64,000 bases of DNA from Aureliella sp. Its GTDB lineage: Bacteria; Planctomycetota; Planctomycetia; Pirellulales; Pirellulaceae. The translations under genes and the position numbers were made by a program. The notes below the pieces were generated by a model. It searched no databases, was not told the DNA's origin, and saw nothing but the letters and a program-made list of their open reading frames with translations. The stretch is taken from the NCBI GenBank assembly GCA_963691875.1, contig OY829846.1, positions 3,904,001 through 3,968,000 on the forward strand, given 5' to 3'. Each line of letters opens with the position of its first letter. The stretch's first letter is position 1. This document shows, one piece after another, positions 10,054-19,584 of the stretch.

Positions 10054-12490
10054 CATTCTCGAGAGTCTCCCTGCCGAGTTGCTGGAACGCTTGCGAAGTG
10101 AAAACGCGAAGGAGTTCTTACAAAGCGGCGAGTTCGTTCTGTATTGGATGCGGACCGCAATTCGCGTGGATGAAAACCCAGCGTTGAATACAGCAATCCA
10201 GTTGGCCAATCAGCTGCAGAAGCCCCTGCTGGTTTACCAAGGCCTCACCGAACGCTATCCCTTTGCATCGGATCGCCATCATAGCTTCGTGTTACAGGGG
10301 GCGAAGGATGTTCAACTGGCCTTTACAGAAAGAGAAATTCAGTACGCCCTCCACGTCGAAAGAGACGGGCATCGTGGCAGACACCTTAAGACGCTTGCGG
10401 ATCGAGCAGCGGTTGTCGTCACCGAAGACATGCCGACCGAACCACTTCGCACCTGGACAGAGAAACTTGCCAAGATAGTTTCTTGCCGACTCGTTACTGT
10501 GGACTGTGCTTGCGTAGTGTCCATGCAATTGGTCAGGAAAAGCTACGATCGCGCCTTTGCATTTCGCGATGCCACGAAAAAGTATTACGCAAAGCGAGTT
10601 ACGCGTCGCGGGCTGGACTCAGTACTAGATGTTGAACAACACAAACCAATCCAACTCCCCTTTGAACAGGTCGACTTGCAGCAGACGGCCATCGCGCACT
10701 TGGTGCAACAGTGTTCCGTCGATCACTCGATCGGTCCGGTGGCACATACTCGCGGAGGCTCAAAGGCTGGCTACAAACGATGGAATGAGTTTCAAACAAA
10801 CGGCCTTAGTAACTACGATCGACGTCGCAACAATGCGTTGATCGATGGAGTCAGCCGTCTGTCGGCTTACCTGCACTACGGAATGATCTCGCCGATGCGA
10901 ATCGCCCGCGAGGCGACAGAACATGGGAGTAAAGGAGCAAATAAGTTCCTCGACGAACTGCTCATCTGGCGTGAACTCGCTTACGCATTCTGTTTCTACC
11001 GGCGAGATCATGGCAGGCTTTCCGCAGTTCCCGCCTGGGCTCGGGAAACCCTTCAGTCACACGAGGTGGACGACAGAGAGCTGCTATCCTGGGAAACGAT
11101 GGCTCGCGGTCAGACAGGTGACTGCATCTGGGATTCCGCCCAACGATCGTTGTTAATCCACGGCGAACTACACAACAATGTTCGAATGACTTGGGGTAAA
11201 GCCATTCTCGCTTGGACGAAAGATTCGAAGCAAGCCCTCAAGAGAATTATCGATCTCAATCATCGTTACGCGCTTGACGGCCGTGACCCAGCTTCCTTCG
11301 GTGGAATCCTCTGGTGCTTAGGTCAGTTTGATCGCCCGTTCTCGCCAGAGCAGCCGATCTTTGGCTCCGTTCGTGGCCGCTCGACGCAGGAACATGCCAA
11401 ACGCTTGAATCCCGAGGCTTATAGAAAGATTACGTCCCGAGCACTTTGGAAGCCAGTTCCTAGGATCGCTGTAGTGGGAACAGGACTCTCTGGTCTGGCC
11501 TGCGCTCGAACTTTGGCCGATCACGGTGCGAGCGTGCAGGTTTTTGAAAAGAGCCGCGGACTGGGCGGACGCATGGCAACCAGACGCATCGAAGGCGTGG
11601 GGAGCTTTGATCACGGCGCCCAGTATTTCACCGCTCGCGACAAGCGATTCCAGCGATACGTTCAGTCGTGGCAAGAGGACCAGGTCGTTCAGACTTGGGA
11701 AGGAAGAATCGTCTCGCTCCGCCAAGGTCAGGTAGAGGCAGAAAAGTCCGCAGTTCAGCGCTATGTTGCTTCGCCTGGAATGAGCTCCCTCGGCAAGCAC
11801 CTAGCTTCGGACCTCCCAGTGGAATTCGATACACGAGTGGAGAGTGTCTGCCGAAAGGATGAGAAATGGAATGCTTCCGATGAGAATGGAAACAACCTAG
11901 GCCAGTTCGACTTTGTGGTGCTCGCAGTTCCTTCGCATCAAGCAAGCGACTTGTTATCCGACGCTCCGGACTTGAAAACGCAAGCTGCACGAATAGAAAT
12001 GCGCGCCTGTTGGGGACTGATGCTAGGTTTTGAAGACCGCCTCGAACTGGAATTCGATGGAGCCTTCGTACAAGACTCTCCTTTGGCGTGGATTGCCAAG
12101 AACAGCAGCAAGCCGGGATGTGAAAGCCAAAACGAAACCTGGATGGTTCACGCCAACGCTGACTGGAGCATGGAGCACTATGAAAAACCAGAGTCCGAGG
12201 TATCCGAACAACTCATGGCGGAATTTGAAGCCGCGACTGGTTTAAGTGATTTGCGTCCGATTCATGTCTCGACGAAACGCTGGAGGTATGCTCAACCGGT
12301 GAATCCTCACCCGGACAGCTGCCTCTTCGATGAAACGCAACGGATTGGAGCTTGCGGTGACTGGTGCGGCGGTCCGAGGGTCGAAGGCGCTTTTCTCAGC
12401 GGCATGGCCATCGCAGGCCGCATTATGGGAGTCCTAGACGAGCACTTCGCTGCACCGGCGAATCCGCCCGAGCAGCTTTCTCTTTTCTAA
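10040..12490 (+). CDS. Fusion: class II CPD photolyase + renalase-like (COG3380) FAD-dependent oxidoreductase
   Basis: aa 1-~470: VLYWM, SRLSAYLHYG, FLDELLIWRELA, GELHNNVRMTWGK, YALDGRDP. From aa 475: IAVVGTGLSG, FEKSRGLGGRMATRR, FDHGAQYFT, RWRYA, CGDWCGGPRVEGAFLSG. Confidence 0.92.
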   Translation: MQETDILESLPAELLERLRSENAKEFLQSGEFVLYWMRTAIRVDENPALNTAIQLANQLQKPLLVYQGLTERYPFASDRHHSFVLQGAKDVQLAFTEREIQYALHVERDGHRGRHLKTLADRAAVVVTEDMPTEPLRTWTEKLAKIVSCRLVTVDCACVVSMQLVRKSYDRAFAFRDATKKYYAKRVTRRGLDSVLDVEQHKPIQLPFEQVDLQQTAIAHLVQQCSVDHSIGPVAHTRGGSKAGYKRWNEFQTNGLSNYDRRRNNALIDGVSRLSAYLHYGMISPMRIAREATEHGSKGANKFLDELLIWRELAYAFCFYRRDHGRLSAVPAWARETLQSHEVDDRELLSWETMARGQTGDCIWDSAQRSLLIHGELHNNVRMTWGKAILAWTKDSKQALKRIIDLNHRYALDGRDPASFGGILWCLGQFDRPFSPEQPIFGSVRGRSTQEHAKRLNPEAYRKITSRALWKPVPRIAVVGTGLSGLACARTLADHGASVQVFEKSRGLGGRMATRRIEGVGSFDHGAQYFTARDKRFQRYVQSWQEDQVVQTWEGRIVSLRQGQVEAEKSAVQRYVASPGMSSLGKHLASDLPVEFDTRVESVCRKDEKWNASDENGNNLGQFDFVVLAVPSHQASDLLSDAPDLKTQAARIEMRACWGLMLGFEDRLELEFDGAFVQDSPLAWIAKNSSKPGCESQNETWMVHANADWSMEHYEKPESEVSEQLMAEFEAATGLSDLRPIHVSTKRWRYAQPVNPHPDSCLFDETQRIGACGDWCGGPRVEGAFLSGMAIAGRIMGVLDEHFAAPANPPEQLSLF

Positions 12491-12520
12491 ACGCCCGAAT
12501 TCTCACCCGCGGAACAAAGC

Positions 12521-13003
12521 TTAGGAAGCTTGCTCGGCCTCACGTTGCTTCCGTGCCGCGATAAACGACTGGATGCAAAGAAAGACAAATACCCCGCAGA
12601 TGAGCGCCATCAACCATACAAACAAGAAACTTCGCTGATTCAGACTAGGGTCACCGGAGAAGAACTTGCCCAGGCCCATTGCCCCGCGACCTGCACCTGC
12701 CAACGCTCCCAGCAAGCCAACGGTCGCCGCGCCGTGCATTGCGTGCATTCGCATTGATTCTTTCAAAGCGAGTGCTCCAAAGAAGGCCAACAGAATTCCG
12801 ACGAATGCGGGAATCAACGCGGTCACCGATTTCTTCGCTGGCTTATCTTCGGCATCGCCTTCCGAAGAACTTTCCGCGGCTGAATCAGTTCCCTCTGCTA
12901 CAGCCACTCCATCGGCACTTGCTTGAGCTGGCTCGTGGCCCATATAGCCAACCACGCCTAAGCCAATGAGAAGAAGTCCACAGATGATTGCTACTTTTGC
13001 CAT
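12521..13003 (-). CDS. Small membrane protein (about 4 TM) with acidic loop
   Basis: Hydrophobic helices, SVTALIPAFVG and RMHAMH motifs. Confidence 0.75.
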   Translation of the reverse strand: MAKVAIICGLLLIGLGVVGYMGHEPAQASADGVAVAEGTDSAAESSSEGDAEDKPAKKSVTALIPAFVGILLAFFGALALKESMRMHAMHGAATVGLLGALAGAGRGAMGLGKFFSGDPSLNQRSFLFVWLMALICGVFVFLCIQSFIAARKQREAEQAS

Positions 13004-13252
13004 GATCTCGTTTCAAAGTGGGGAGTATCGAAGTTTCTATTGTATGAAATCGTGGGATGAAGGCGAGCCAGGATGCTGTTTCCCAATACGAGCACGCGGC
13101 ATTAGCCGGTGAGCCTCAGTTTATAAGCCCAGCCATAGGCGCTGGCTTGTCTGGATGATTTACGCAGCCAATCACTGCACGTGCAGCCTGTGATCGGGTC
13201 AGTTGAGGACAATCGGCCTACTTTTCCAAACCCTGCGGCCCCTAGCACCTAG

Positions 13253-13540
13253 CTATATGTAGTGGACGTGGCAGCAGCCGCGAAGCTCTTCGTAGCAGTG
13301 GTGGCAGAGTATCAAGACTTGATTGCCAATGTCGGCTGCTGTTTCAGATACTTCATTCCACTCGCCCTCCGCTGAAAAATGCTCGTGGCACTTCGCGCAC
13401 CAAGCACTCGGCCAAGCGTCATCGTCGATCGGCTCCGAGGAATACCACTCATGATTCTCACCACGGGCAAGGTGACCACACACATATGTGACGCAGCCTT
13501 TTCCATGCTCTTCGCAGTCGACTAAGTCATCATCGGCCAT
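13253..13540 (-). CDS. Small acidic Cys/His-rich hypothetical protein
   Basis: CEEHG, VCGHL, AWCAKC, LCHHCYE motifs; RBS AAGGAG upstream. Confidence 0.75.
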   Translation of the reverse strand: MADDDLVDCEEHGKGCVTYVCGHLARGENHEWYSSEPIDDDAWPSAWCAKCHEHFSAEGEWNEVSETAADIGNQVLILCHHCYEELRGCCHVHYI

Positions 13541-13591
13541 ATTTCGCTCCTTATTGGAGTTGGATTGAGTTGATAGTGAGGTGAAGGAGAT

Positions 13592-14404
13592 TCAGGAGCG
13601 GAACCTCACGCGGTAATTCAGGGGAGTCAGTCCTGTGGAAGACTTAAATTGGCGCGAAAAATGACTCTGGTCATAGAATCCGCATTGATTTGCAATATGT
13701 GACATCGGTAAGTCAGTCGTCTCAAGAAAGTGCCTCGCGACTCCAATACGCACCTCACGCAGGTAGCGATTAGGAGTGATTCCAAAGTGGTTTGCAAACT
13801 CACGCTGAAGCTGACTCACGGATAGCAGAACATGCTCGGCCATGTCTGTTACTTCGATATCCGACGCAAAGTGCTCGGAGACAAAGGCTACAACACTCAT
13901 CAAGCGGCTGTGCCCTGACGATCCGTCATCTGAAAGTTCGTACGGACGCTTCACGCCTGCGATTCCTGCTACCCGGCCATCATGATCAAGCAAAGGTATT
14001 TTGCTGCAAAGACAGACACGAGGGACTCCACTGTGGCCAGGGACTAGCCACACTTGATTGGAAAGCCCTTCACCAGAATCGATCACGCGCCGATCCTCAG
14101 CCACGTACTGTGTCGCGATAGCGGGCGGGAAGTACTCGAAGTCAGTCTTGCCAATCAACTCTGCTGGATCGTCCACACCAACTACCTCAGCCACGACACG
14201 ATTTGCTTTCACGAAACGACTCTGCGAGTCCTTGATGTACACGTACACACCAGGCAGTATGTCGAAGAGATCCAGCAACTGAAGCGGACGCTCAAGACTA
14301 TGAAAGAACCGCTCTTGCCACTGCTCGGGCCCGCAGGACTCGAAGTCCAAATTCGCCGCGGAAAGTTTTTCTTTCCCTAACTGCTTTGTTTGTTTTTTCG
14401 CCAT
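13592..14404 (-). CDS. AraC family regulator with N-terminal PAS domain
   Basis: [15 protein letters not shown]...[10 protein letters not shown] (PAS_4-like); C-terminal [24 protein letters not shown] 14404 chosen as start. Confidence 0.9.
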   Translation of the reverse strand: MAKKQTKQLGKEKLSAANLDFESCGPEQWQERFFHSLERPLQLLDLFDILPGVYVYIKDSQSRFVKANRVVAEVVGVDDPAELIGKTDFEYFPPAIATQYVAEDRRVIDSGEGLSNQVWLVPGHSGVPRVCLCSKIPLLDHDGRVAGIAGVKRPYELSDDGSSGHSRLMSVVAFVSEHFASDIEVTDMAEHVLLSVSQLQREFANHFGITPNRYLREVRIGVARHFLETTDLPMSHIANQCGFYDQSHFSRQFKSSTGLTPLNYRVRFRS

Positions 14405-14501
14405 GCGGCGAATATACAAAAAGACGGAAGGTTCCTGCAATCTTCATTGGGCAGCTTCCAGCATAATTTCACCATCACTAATCACTCACTGGAAGCTAGA
14501 A

Positions 14502-14918
14502 ATGACCGAGTCGAAAAAAAGTCCCCTTTGTTCTGATACCGCCAAGCGAATCTTGGAAGCAGCACTCGAAAAGTCAATAGAACTAGGCGTCAAAATGAAT
14601 ATCGCCATCGTCGACGGTGGCGCCAACCTCAAGGCTTTTGAGCGGATGGATGGAGCGTGGTTAGGCAGCATCGATATCGCGTGCAAGAAGGCCAAGACCG
14701 CTCGACTGTTCGATATGCCGACAGGAGAAATCGGCCAAATCTCTCAGCCTGGCGCATCTTTGTACAACATTGAGCATTCCAACGAAGGCTTGATTACCTT
14801 TCCCGGCGGCTTGCCCATCTCAGATGAAGAAGGATGCGTTATCGGCGCGGTTGGCGTCTCTGGCTCCACTGTTGAAAATGACCACTTAGTTGCCATGGCA
14901 GCCGTCTCAGCGGCCTAG
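14502..14918 (+). CDS. GlcG/HbpS family heme-binding protein
   Basis: [51 protein letters not shown]. Confidence 0.9.
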   Translation: MTESKKSPLCSDTAKRILEAALEKSIELGVKMNIAIVDGGANLKAFERMDGAWLGSIDIACKKAKTARLFDMPTGEIGQISQPGASLYNIEHSNEGLITFPGGLPISDEEGCVIGAVGVSGSTVENDHLVAMAAVSAA

Positions 14919-14935
14919 AGGCATGAAACAACGTT

Positions 14936-15096
14936 CCGAAGTCGTCAAGATTTTCAGCAGTAGCGGACGAGGTTACGCGTCCGGTAGCACAGCCCCAGGA
15001 TCCGGGTCGAAAGCAATACCGCGCCTACGATTGGTCACTATACGATTACACCCTAGCCCTGTTCGTAGCGGAACTCGTCAAGAGTTTCGGCACTAC
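14936..15096. repeat. Cluster of GTAG-type REP-like palindromes
   Basis: GTAG-CGGACG-N8-CGTCCG (14960-14983), GTAG-CGGAACTC-GTCAA-GAGTTTCG (15065-15089), related CCGAAGTCGTCAAGATTTTC (14936). Confidence 0.7.
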
Positions 15097-15184
15097 ATTC
15101 ACACGTGGCCTATGCCACTAGTTTTCTCGATTAGAATACTTTTCTTGTCTGCCAGTCCTACTTCGCTGCATGAATTGAGTACCT

Positions 15185-17974
15185 ATGAGATTCCTTCTTG
15201 GCCTGTTACTAGCGTTCTGCCTCTGTGCGAACGCTCGTGCCGCTAATCCGAAGCCGCCGAACATCCTTCTGATTCTTTCGGATGATCAAGGCTACTCCGA
15301 CTACGGCTTTATGGGGCATCCCCATATTGAAACGCCCAATCTGGACAAACTCGCTTCAGAGAGCGCGTTGTTCCGTCGCGGTTACGTGCCCACAGCGCTC
15401 TGCCGGCCAGCATTGATGACCTTGGTCACCGGACTTTATTCCCACCAGAATAAGACGACTGGCAACGATCCAGCCAATACTGCGGCCAACAAAGCTCATG
15501 CTGCGAGAACCGGCAAAGACGCGCGCGAAGTTCTGATATCCCACATTGACGAGACCGGAGCCTTGCCGCATTGGTTGTCGGAGAAAGGATACGTTAGTTA
15601 CCAAAGTGGCAAATGGTGGGAGGGTTCCTATCAGCGTGGTGGATTCACTGAAGGCATGACGAAGGGTTTTCCCAACAAGGGCGGTCGGCACGGAGATGCG
15701 GGCTTGAAAATCGGCCGTGAAGGACTCGAGCCCGTCACAGACTTTATCGATCGCAGTGTTGCCTCTGAGAAACCGTTTTTTGTGTGGTACGCGCCCTTCA
15801 TGCCACATACGCCTCACACACCACCTGAGCGTCTATTCAAGAAGTATCAGGGTAAGGCAGGCGTTTCGGATCGCGTGGCGAAGTACTACGCCATGTGCGA
15901 ATGGTTTGACGAGACTTGTGGGGATCTCCTGAAGCACTTGGACGATTCCGGCGTCGCGGACAACACTCTGGTTGTATACGTGACCGACAATGGATGGATC
16001 CAATCCGACACCGGAAGCTACGCGGCAAGATCCAAACGCAGTCCATACGAGTTTGGAATTCGAACGCCGATCATGTTCCGTTGGCCAGGAGTCATCGCAC
16101 CTGCGGATCGCCCCGAGCTTTGCTCCTCGATCGACTTTGTGCCAACTGCTTTGGCTGCGGCTGGAGCCAAAGGCGCGCATGACTTTCCGGGACTCAATCT
16201 GCTGCAAGAGTTGAAATCAGGAAAACCCCTCCAGCGTAACACCTTGTTCGGAGAAACCTTCGCGCACGACATCGCGGATGTGCAGAAGCCATCAGAATCA
16301 CTGCTCTATCGTTGGGTGATTCGGGATCACGACAAGCTACTGCTTACTTATGACGGCGCCCCTGGCAAGATGAAGTATCCGCCGCAGGACTCGGAGGCCA
16401 AGCTGTTTGAGTTGAAGCGAGATCCCAACGAGACATCGAACCTAGCATTGGAGAATCCTGCCACGGTCGAAGAACTCAACGCACTGCTCGAAGATTGGTA
16501 TGTGCCAGACGGCCGACAGGCTGGCAAGTTCGCTGCCGCAATGCCGAAAGCGGCAAAGACCAAGCCTCGAGCAAGGAAGCCGGCCGCAAATCCGCAAGCC
16601 AAATCTCGCCCCAACATTTTGCTGCTCTACGCAGACGACCAGCGTAATCACACGCTGGGCTGTGCTGGACATCCGATCGTGAAAACTCCCAACATCGATC
16701 GGCTAGCAGGGCAGGGCGTGCGATTCGAGAACGCCTTTGTCACCACCTCCACTTGCTGGGTTGGTCGCTCTTGCTTGTTCACGGGCTGCTACGAGCGTCG
16801 GCATTTGTATCGCGTGACGCCAGGACCTTTAGATCCGGAACTTTGCACGAGCTCCTATTTCTCAGTTCTAAAAAAAGCTGGCTACCGAACAGGCCACCTC
16901 GGCAAGGAACATGTCAATCTCTCCGCGCAGTCCGCCTCCACCATGTTTGATTTCCGAAGAAAACTTGGGCGCAATCCTTACTTCAAAACACAAGAAGATG
17001 GGACTGAGCGACACGAAACCCAAATCCTTGGAGACTGGGGGATTGAGTTCCTGAAAGAGCAGCCGAAAGATCAACCATTCTGTCTCCAGCTGAGCTTCAA
17101 TGCCTCACATGCAGAGGATCGCGACAAGAGACCAGGCATCGGTCATTATCCTTGGCCTAAAGTCACCGATGGGATGTACGAGGATCAAACCATGCCCCTG
17201 CCGCCGCTGAATGATCCGGCCATTTACGCTTCGCAGCCAGACTTTTTGAAGCTATCCATCAATCGCGGACGATACTTTTGGCGATGGGATACACCCGAGA
17301 AGTACCAGACTAACATGCGAGCTTACTTTCGCATGATCAGCGGTATCGACCACGTAGCAGGCCGAATGGTCGAGCAGCTGAAGCAACAGGGACTCGTGGA
17401 CAACACCATCATCATCTACACCGCAGACAACGGATACTACCTCGGTGATCGAGGCTTTGCTGGCAAGTGGACGCATTACGATCAGTCGCTTCGAGTACCA
17501 CTGATTGTTTACGATCCTCGACTGCCTAAAGCCAGGCAGGGGCGGGTACTTTCTGAATACGCGCTCAACAGCGATCTGGCTTCGACGATGATTCAATTTG
17601 CTGGATTGCCAGTTCCCAAGTCTCATACTGGGCGTAGTCTTGTGCCCTTGGTACGAGGTAGAACTCCTGAGAATTGGCGAAGTGATTTTCTGTGCGAATT
17701 CCTGGCAGTACCGCGATCCATTCCTCAGTGGGAAGGCGTACGCGGGACTGTTTGGATGTACGCTCGCTACTTTGCAGAAGGTAAGGACCAACCGCCATTT
17801 GAATTCCTGCACGACTTGAAGCAAGATCCCAATCAGCTTGAGAACTTGGCCAAGTCACCCAAGCATGCTTCGGCACTAGAGCAAATGCGTGCTCGGTGTG
17901 ATACGCTGGTGGCAAGCGCCGGCCCTCCAATGAAAGAGATCGGTGAAGTGCAAAAGACGACAAAAAAGAAGTAG
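15185..17974 (+). CDS. Secreted tandem (two-domain) formylglycine-type sulfatase
   Basis: Signal peptide; two PNIL..DD starts; motifs CRPAL..TG (15401) and CWVGR..TG (16754); two DNG motifs; Lys/Ala/Pro linker between domains. Confidence 0.9.
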   Translation: MRFLLGLLLAFCLCANARAANPKPPNILLILSDDQGYSDYGFMGHPHIETPNLDKLASESALFRRGYVPTALCRPALMTLVTGLYSHQNKTTGNDPANTAANKAHAARTGKDAREVLISHIDETGALPHWLSEKGYVSYQSGKWWEGSYQRGGFTEGMTKGFPNKGGRHGDAGLKIGREGLEPVTDFIDRSVASEKPFFVWYAPFMPHTPHTPPERLFKKYQGKAGVSDRVAKYYAMCEWFDETCGDLLKHLDDSGVADNTLVVYVTDNGWIQSDTGSYAARSKRSPYEFGIRTPIMFRWPGVIAPADRPELCSSIDFVPTALAAAGAKGAHDFPGLNLLQELKSGKPLQRNTLFGETFAHDIADVQKPSESLLYRWVIRDHDKLLLTYDGAPGKMKYPPQDSEAKLFELKRDPNETSNLALENPATVEELNALLEDWYVPDGRQAGKFAAAMPKAAKTKPRARKPAANPQAKSRPNILLLYADDQRNHTLGCAGHPIVKTPNIDRLAGQGVRFENAFVTTSTCWVGRSCLFTGCYERRHLYRVTPGPLDPELCTSSYFSVLKKAGYRTGHLGKEHVNLSAQSASTMFDFRRKLGRNPYFKTQEDGTERHETQILGDWGIEFLKEQPKDQPFCLQLSFNASHAEDRDKRPGIGHYPWPKVTDGMYEDQTMPLPPLNDPAIYASQPDFLKLSINRGRYFWRWDTPEKYQTNMRAYFRMISGIDHVAGRMVEQLKQQGLVDNTIIIYTADNGYYLGDRGFAGKWTHYDQSLRVPLIVYDPRLPKARQGRVLSEYALNSDLASTMIQFAGLPVPKSHTGRSLVPLVRGRTPENWRSDFLCEFLAVPRSIPQWEGVRGTVWMYARYFAEGKDQPPFEFLHDLKQDPNQLENLAKSPKHASALEQMRARCDTLVASAGPPMKEIGEVQKTTKKK

Positions 17975-17986
17975 AAATCAGCATCA

Positions 17987-18072
17987 CTCTCCCGCAAGCG
18001 GGAAGAGCGGTGCCCCAGCGACGAGTGGGACCCCCTCCGCCTGTTTCCCGTGCGACTCTCCGGAGGGAGAGT
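17987..18072. repeat. Intergenic GC-rich palindromic element
   Basis: Hairpins CTCTCCCGC-AA-GCGGGAAGAG (17987-18007) and ACTCTCC-GGAG-GGAGAGT (18055-18072). Confidence 0.55.
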
Positions 18073-18095
18073 AAATTCAGAAACCAAAGCTCACC

Positions 18096-19511
18096 ATGAA
18101 TCCCCTCAAAAAAGTCCTCTCCTTCGTCCTCGCATTCACCGCATTGATCTACGGCGCGAACGCCGATGAGAAACGTCCGGACATCGTCTTCATCATTGTG
18201 GATGACCTGAACGACTGGGTTGGCTGCTTGGACGGTCACCCTGATGCCAAGTCACCAAACATCGACGCCTTGGCTTCGCGGGGCATGCTCTTCTCACAAG
18301 GATACTGCAATTCGCCGCAATGCCGTCCTTCGCGCACGAGTCTGAACCACGGTGTCTACGCGTATAAGACCGGCACTTACTTCAATGCGAGGCACCCACA
18401 AGAAACGAAGATCACTACGCCGAGCATGCAGCAATACTTCATGCAAAACGGTTACCGCGTTGCGAGCGGCGGCAAGGTATTTCACGGCACTCCTGGCAAG
18501 TTCGGTGACGCATTGCTTCCGAAACCGAGAGACCCCAAGCCACCCAAGGAAGAAGACAACTTCAATGCCATGCGAGCACCAAACGATGGCTACGCACTGA
18601 ACGTTGCTGATCATGAAATGGGTGACTACAAAGTCGCGAGTTGGGCCATCGATCAATGGCAGAAGGTCACGGACAAACCCCTGTTCATGTCCGTCGGTTT
18701 CTATCGCCCCCACCGACCGCTGCAAGTTCCCAAGCCGTGGTTTGAGAAGTTTCCACTCGATTCGATTCGCCGACCCGCCGAGCCAGAGGGAGTCGACGAC
18801 TGGGACGACATGCCTGAGTTCGCTCGACGCTTGGCACGTACGCACGCGCACAAACCTCTGCACAAAGGCTTGAGCGACCACGAGTACATTGTCGCCAACG
18901 AGGAATGGGACAAGACGATAAGAGCCTACCAAGCCTCAATCGCATTTGTCGATTCACAGATCGGACGGTTTGTAGAACAGCTAAAGCAAAATCCGCGCGG
19001 ACGTGAGACCTACATCATGCTTGTCAGCGACCATGGCTGGCACTTGGGCGAGAAGAAACATTGGTGCAAAGGCGCAATCTGGGAGCAAACAACTCATATC
19101 CCTTTTGTTGTTTGCGGTCCCGATGTCAAAGCTGGCTCCAAATGCACTCAGCCGGTGAGTCTCATCGATGTCTACCCCTCACTTGTTCACTTCGCGCGTT
19201 TGCCACAGCCCGACTGGCTAGACGGCTACTCGATCAAACGGCAATTGACAAATCCCCTGCTTAAACGCCCCCCTGCAATCTCATCCTACGGGGAAGGCAA
19301 TACTTCGATTCGCACTGAGCATTGGCGCTACATTCGCTACGAAGATGGCTCTGAGGAACTCTACGATCATCGAATCGACTCCAACGAATGGGTCAACTTG
19401 GCCGATTCAGACGAGCACGCTGCGACGAAGGCAAGGCTTGCTCAATTCATTCCCGAGAATCAACACGTCGGCATCAAAGTGCAGAGCTGGTACGACAAGT
19501 TTCAAAAGTAG
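18096..19511 (+). CDS. Sulfatase (iduronate-2-sulfatase/choline-sulfatase-like)
   Basis: Signal peptide, IVDDLNDW, CRPSR, GKVFH, GFYRPH, SDHGWHLGEKKHWCK. Confidence 0.92.
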   Translation: MNPLKKVLSFVLAFTALIYGANADEKRPDIVFIIVDDLNDWVGCLDGHPDAKSPNIDALASRGMLFSQGYCNSPQCRPSRTSLNHGVYAYKTGTYFNARHPQETKITTPSMQQYFMQNGYRVASGGKVFHGTPGKFGDALLPKPRDPKPPKEEDNFNAMRAPNDGYALNVADHEMGDYKVASWAIDQWQKVTDKPLFMSVGFYRPHRPLQVPKPWFEKFPLDSIRRPAEPEGVDDWDDMPEFARRLARTHAHKPLHKGLSDHEYIVANEEWDKTIRAYQASIAFVDSQIGRFVEQLKQNPRGRETYIMLVSDHGWHLGEKKHWCKGAIWEQTTHIPFVVCGPDVKAGSKCTQPVSLIDVYPSLVHFARLPQPDWLDGYSIKRQLTNPLLKRPPAISSYGEGNTSIRTEHWRYIRYEDGSEELYDHRIDSNEWVNLADSDEHAATKARLAQFIPENQHVGIKVQSWYDKFQK

Positions 19512-19584
19512 TGCGAGGTGAAGAAATCACTGCAGGACTTCGGAGAAACGCTACGATCGCGGAGTCACCGGCGACTCTGATCGA

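Noticed and set aside
17252..18932. Long minus-strand ORFs (190, 224, 212 aa)
   Set aside because: Antisense to well-supported sulfatases; no recognisable motifs.
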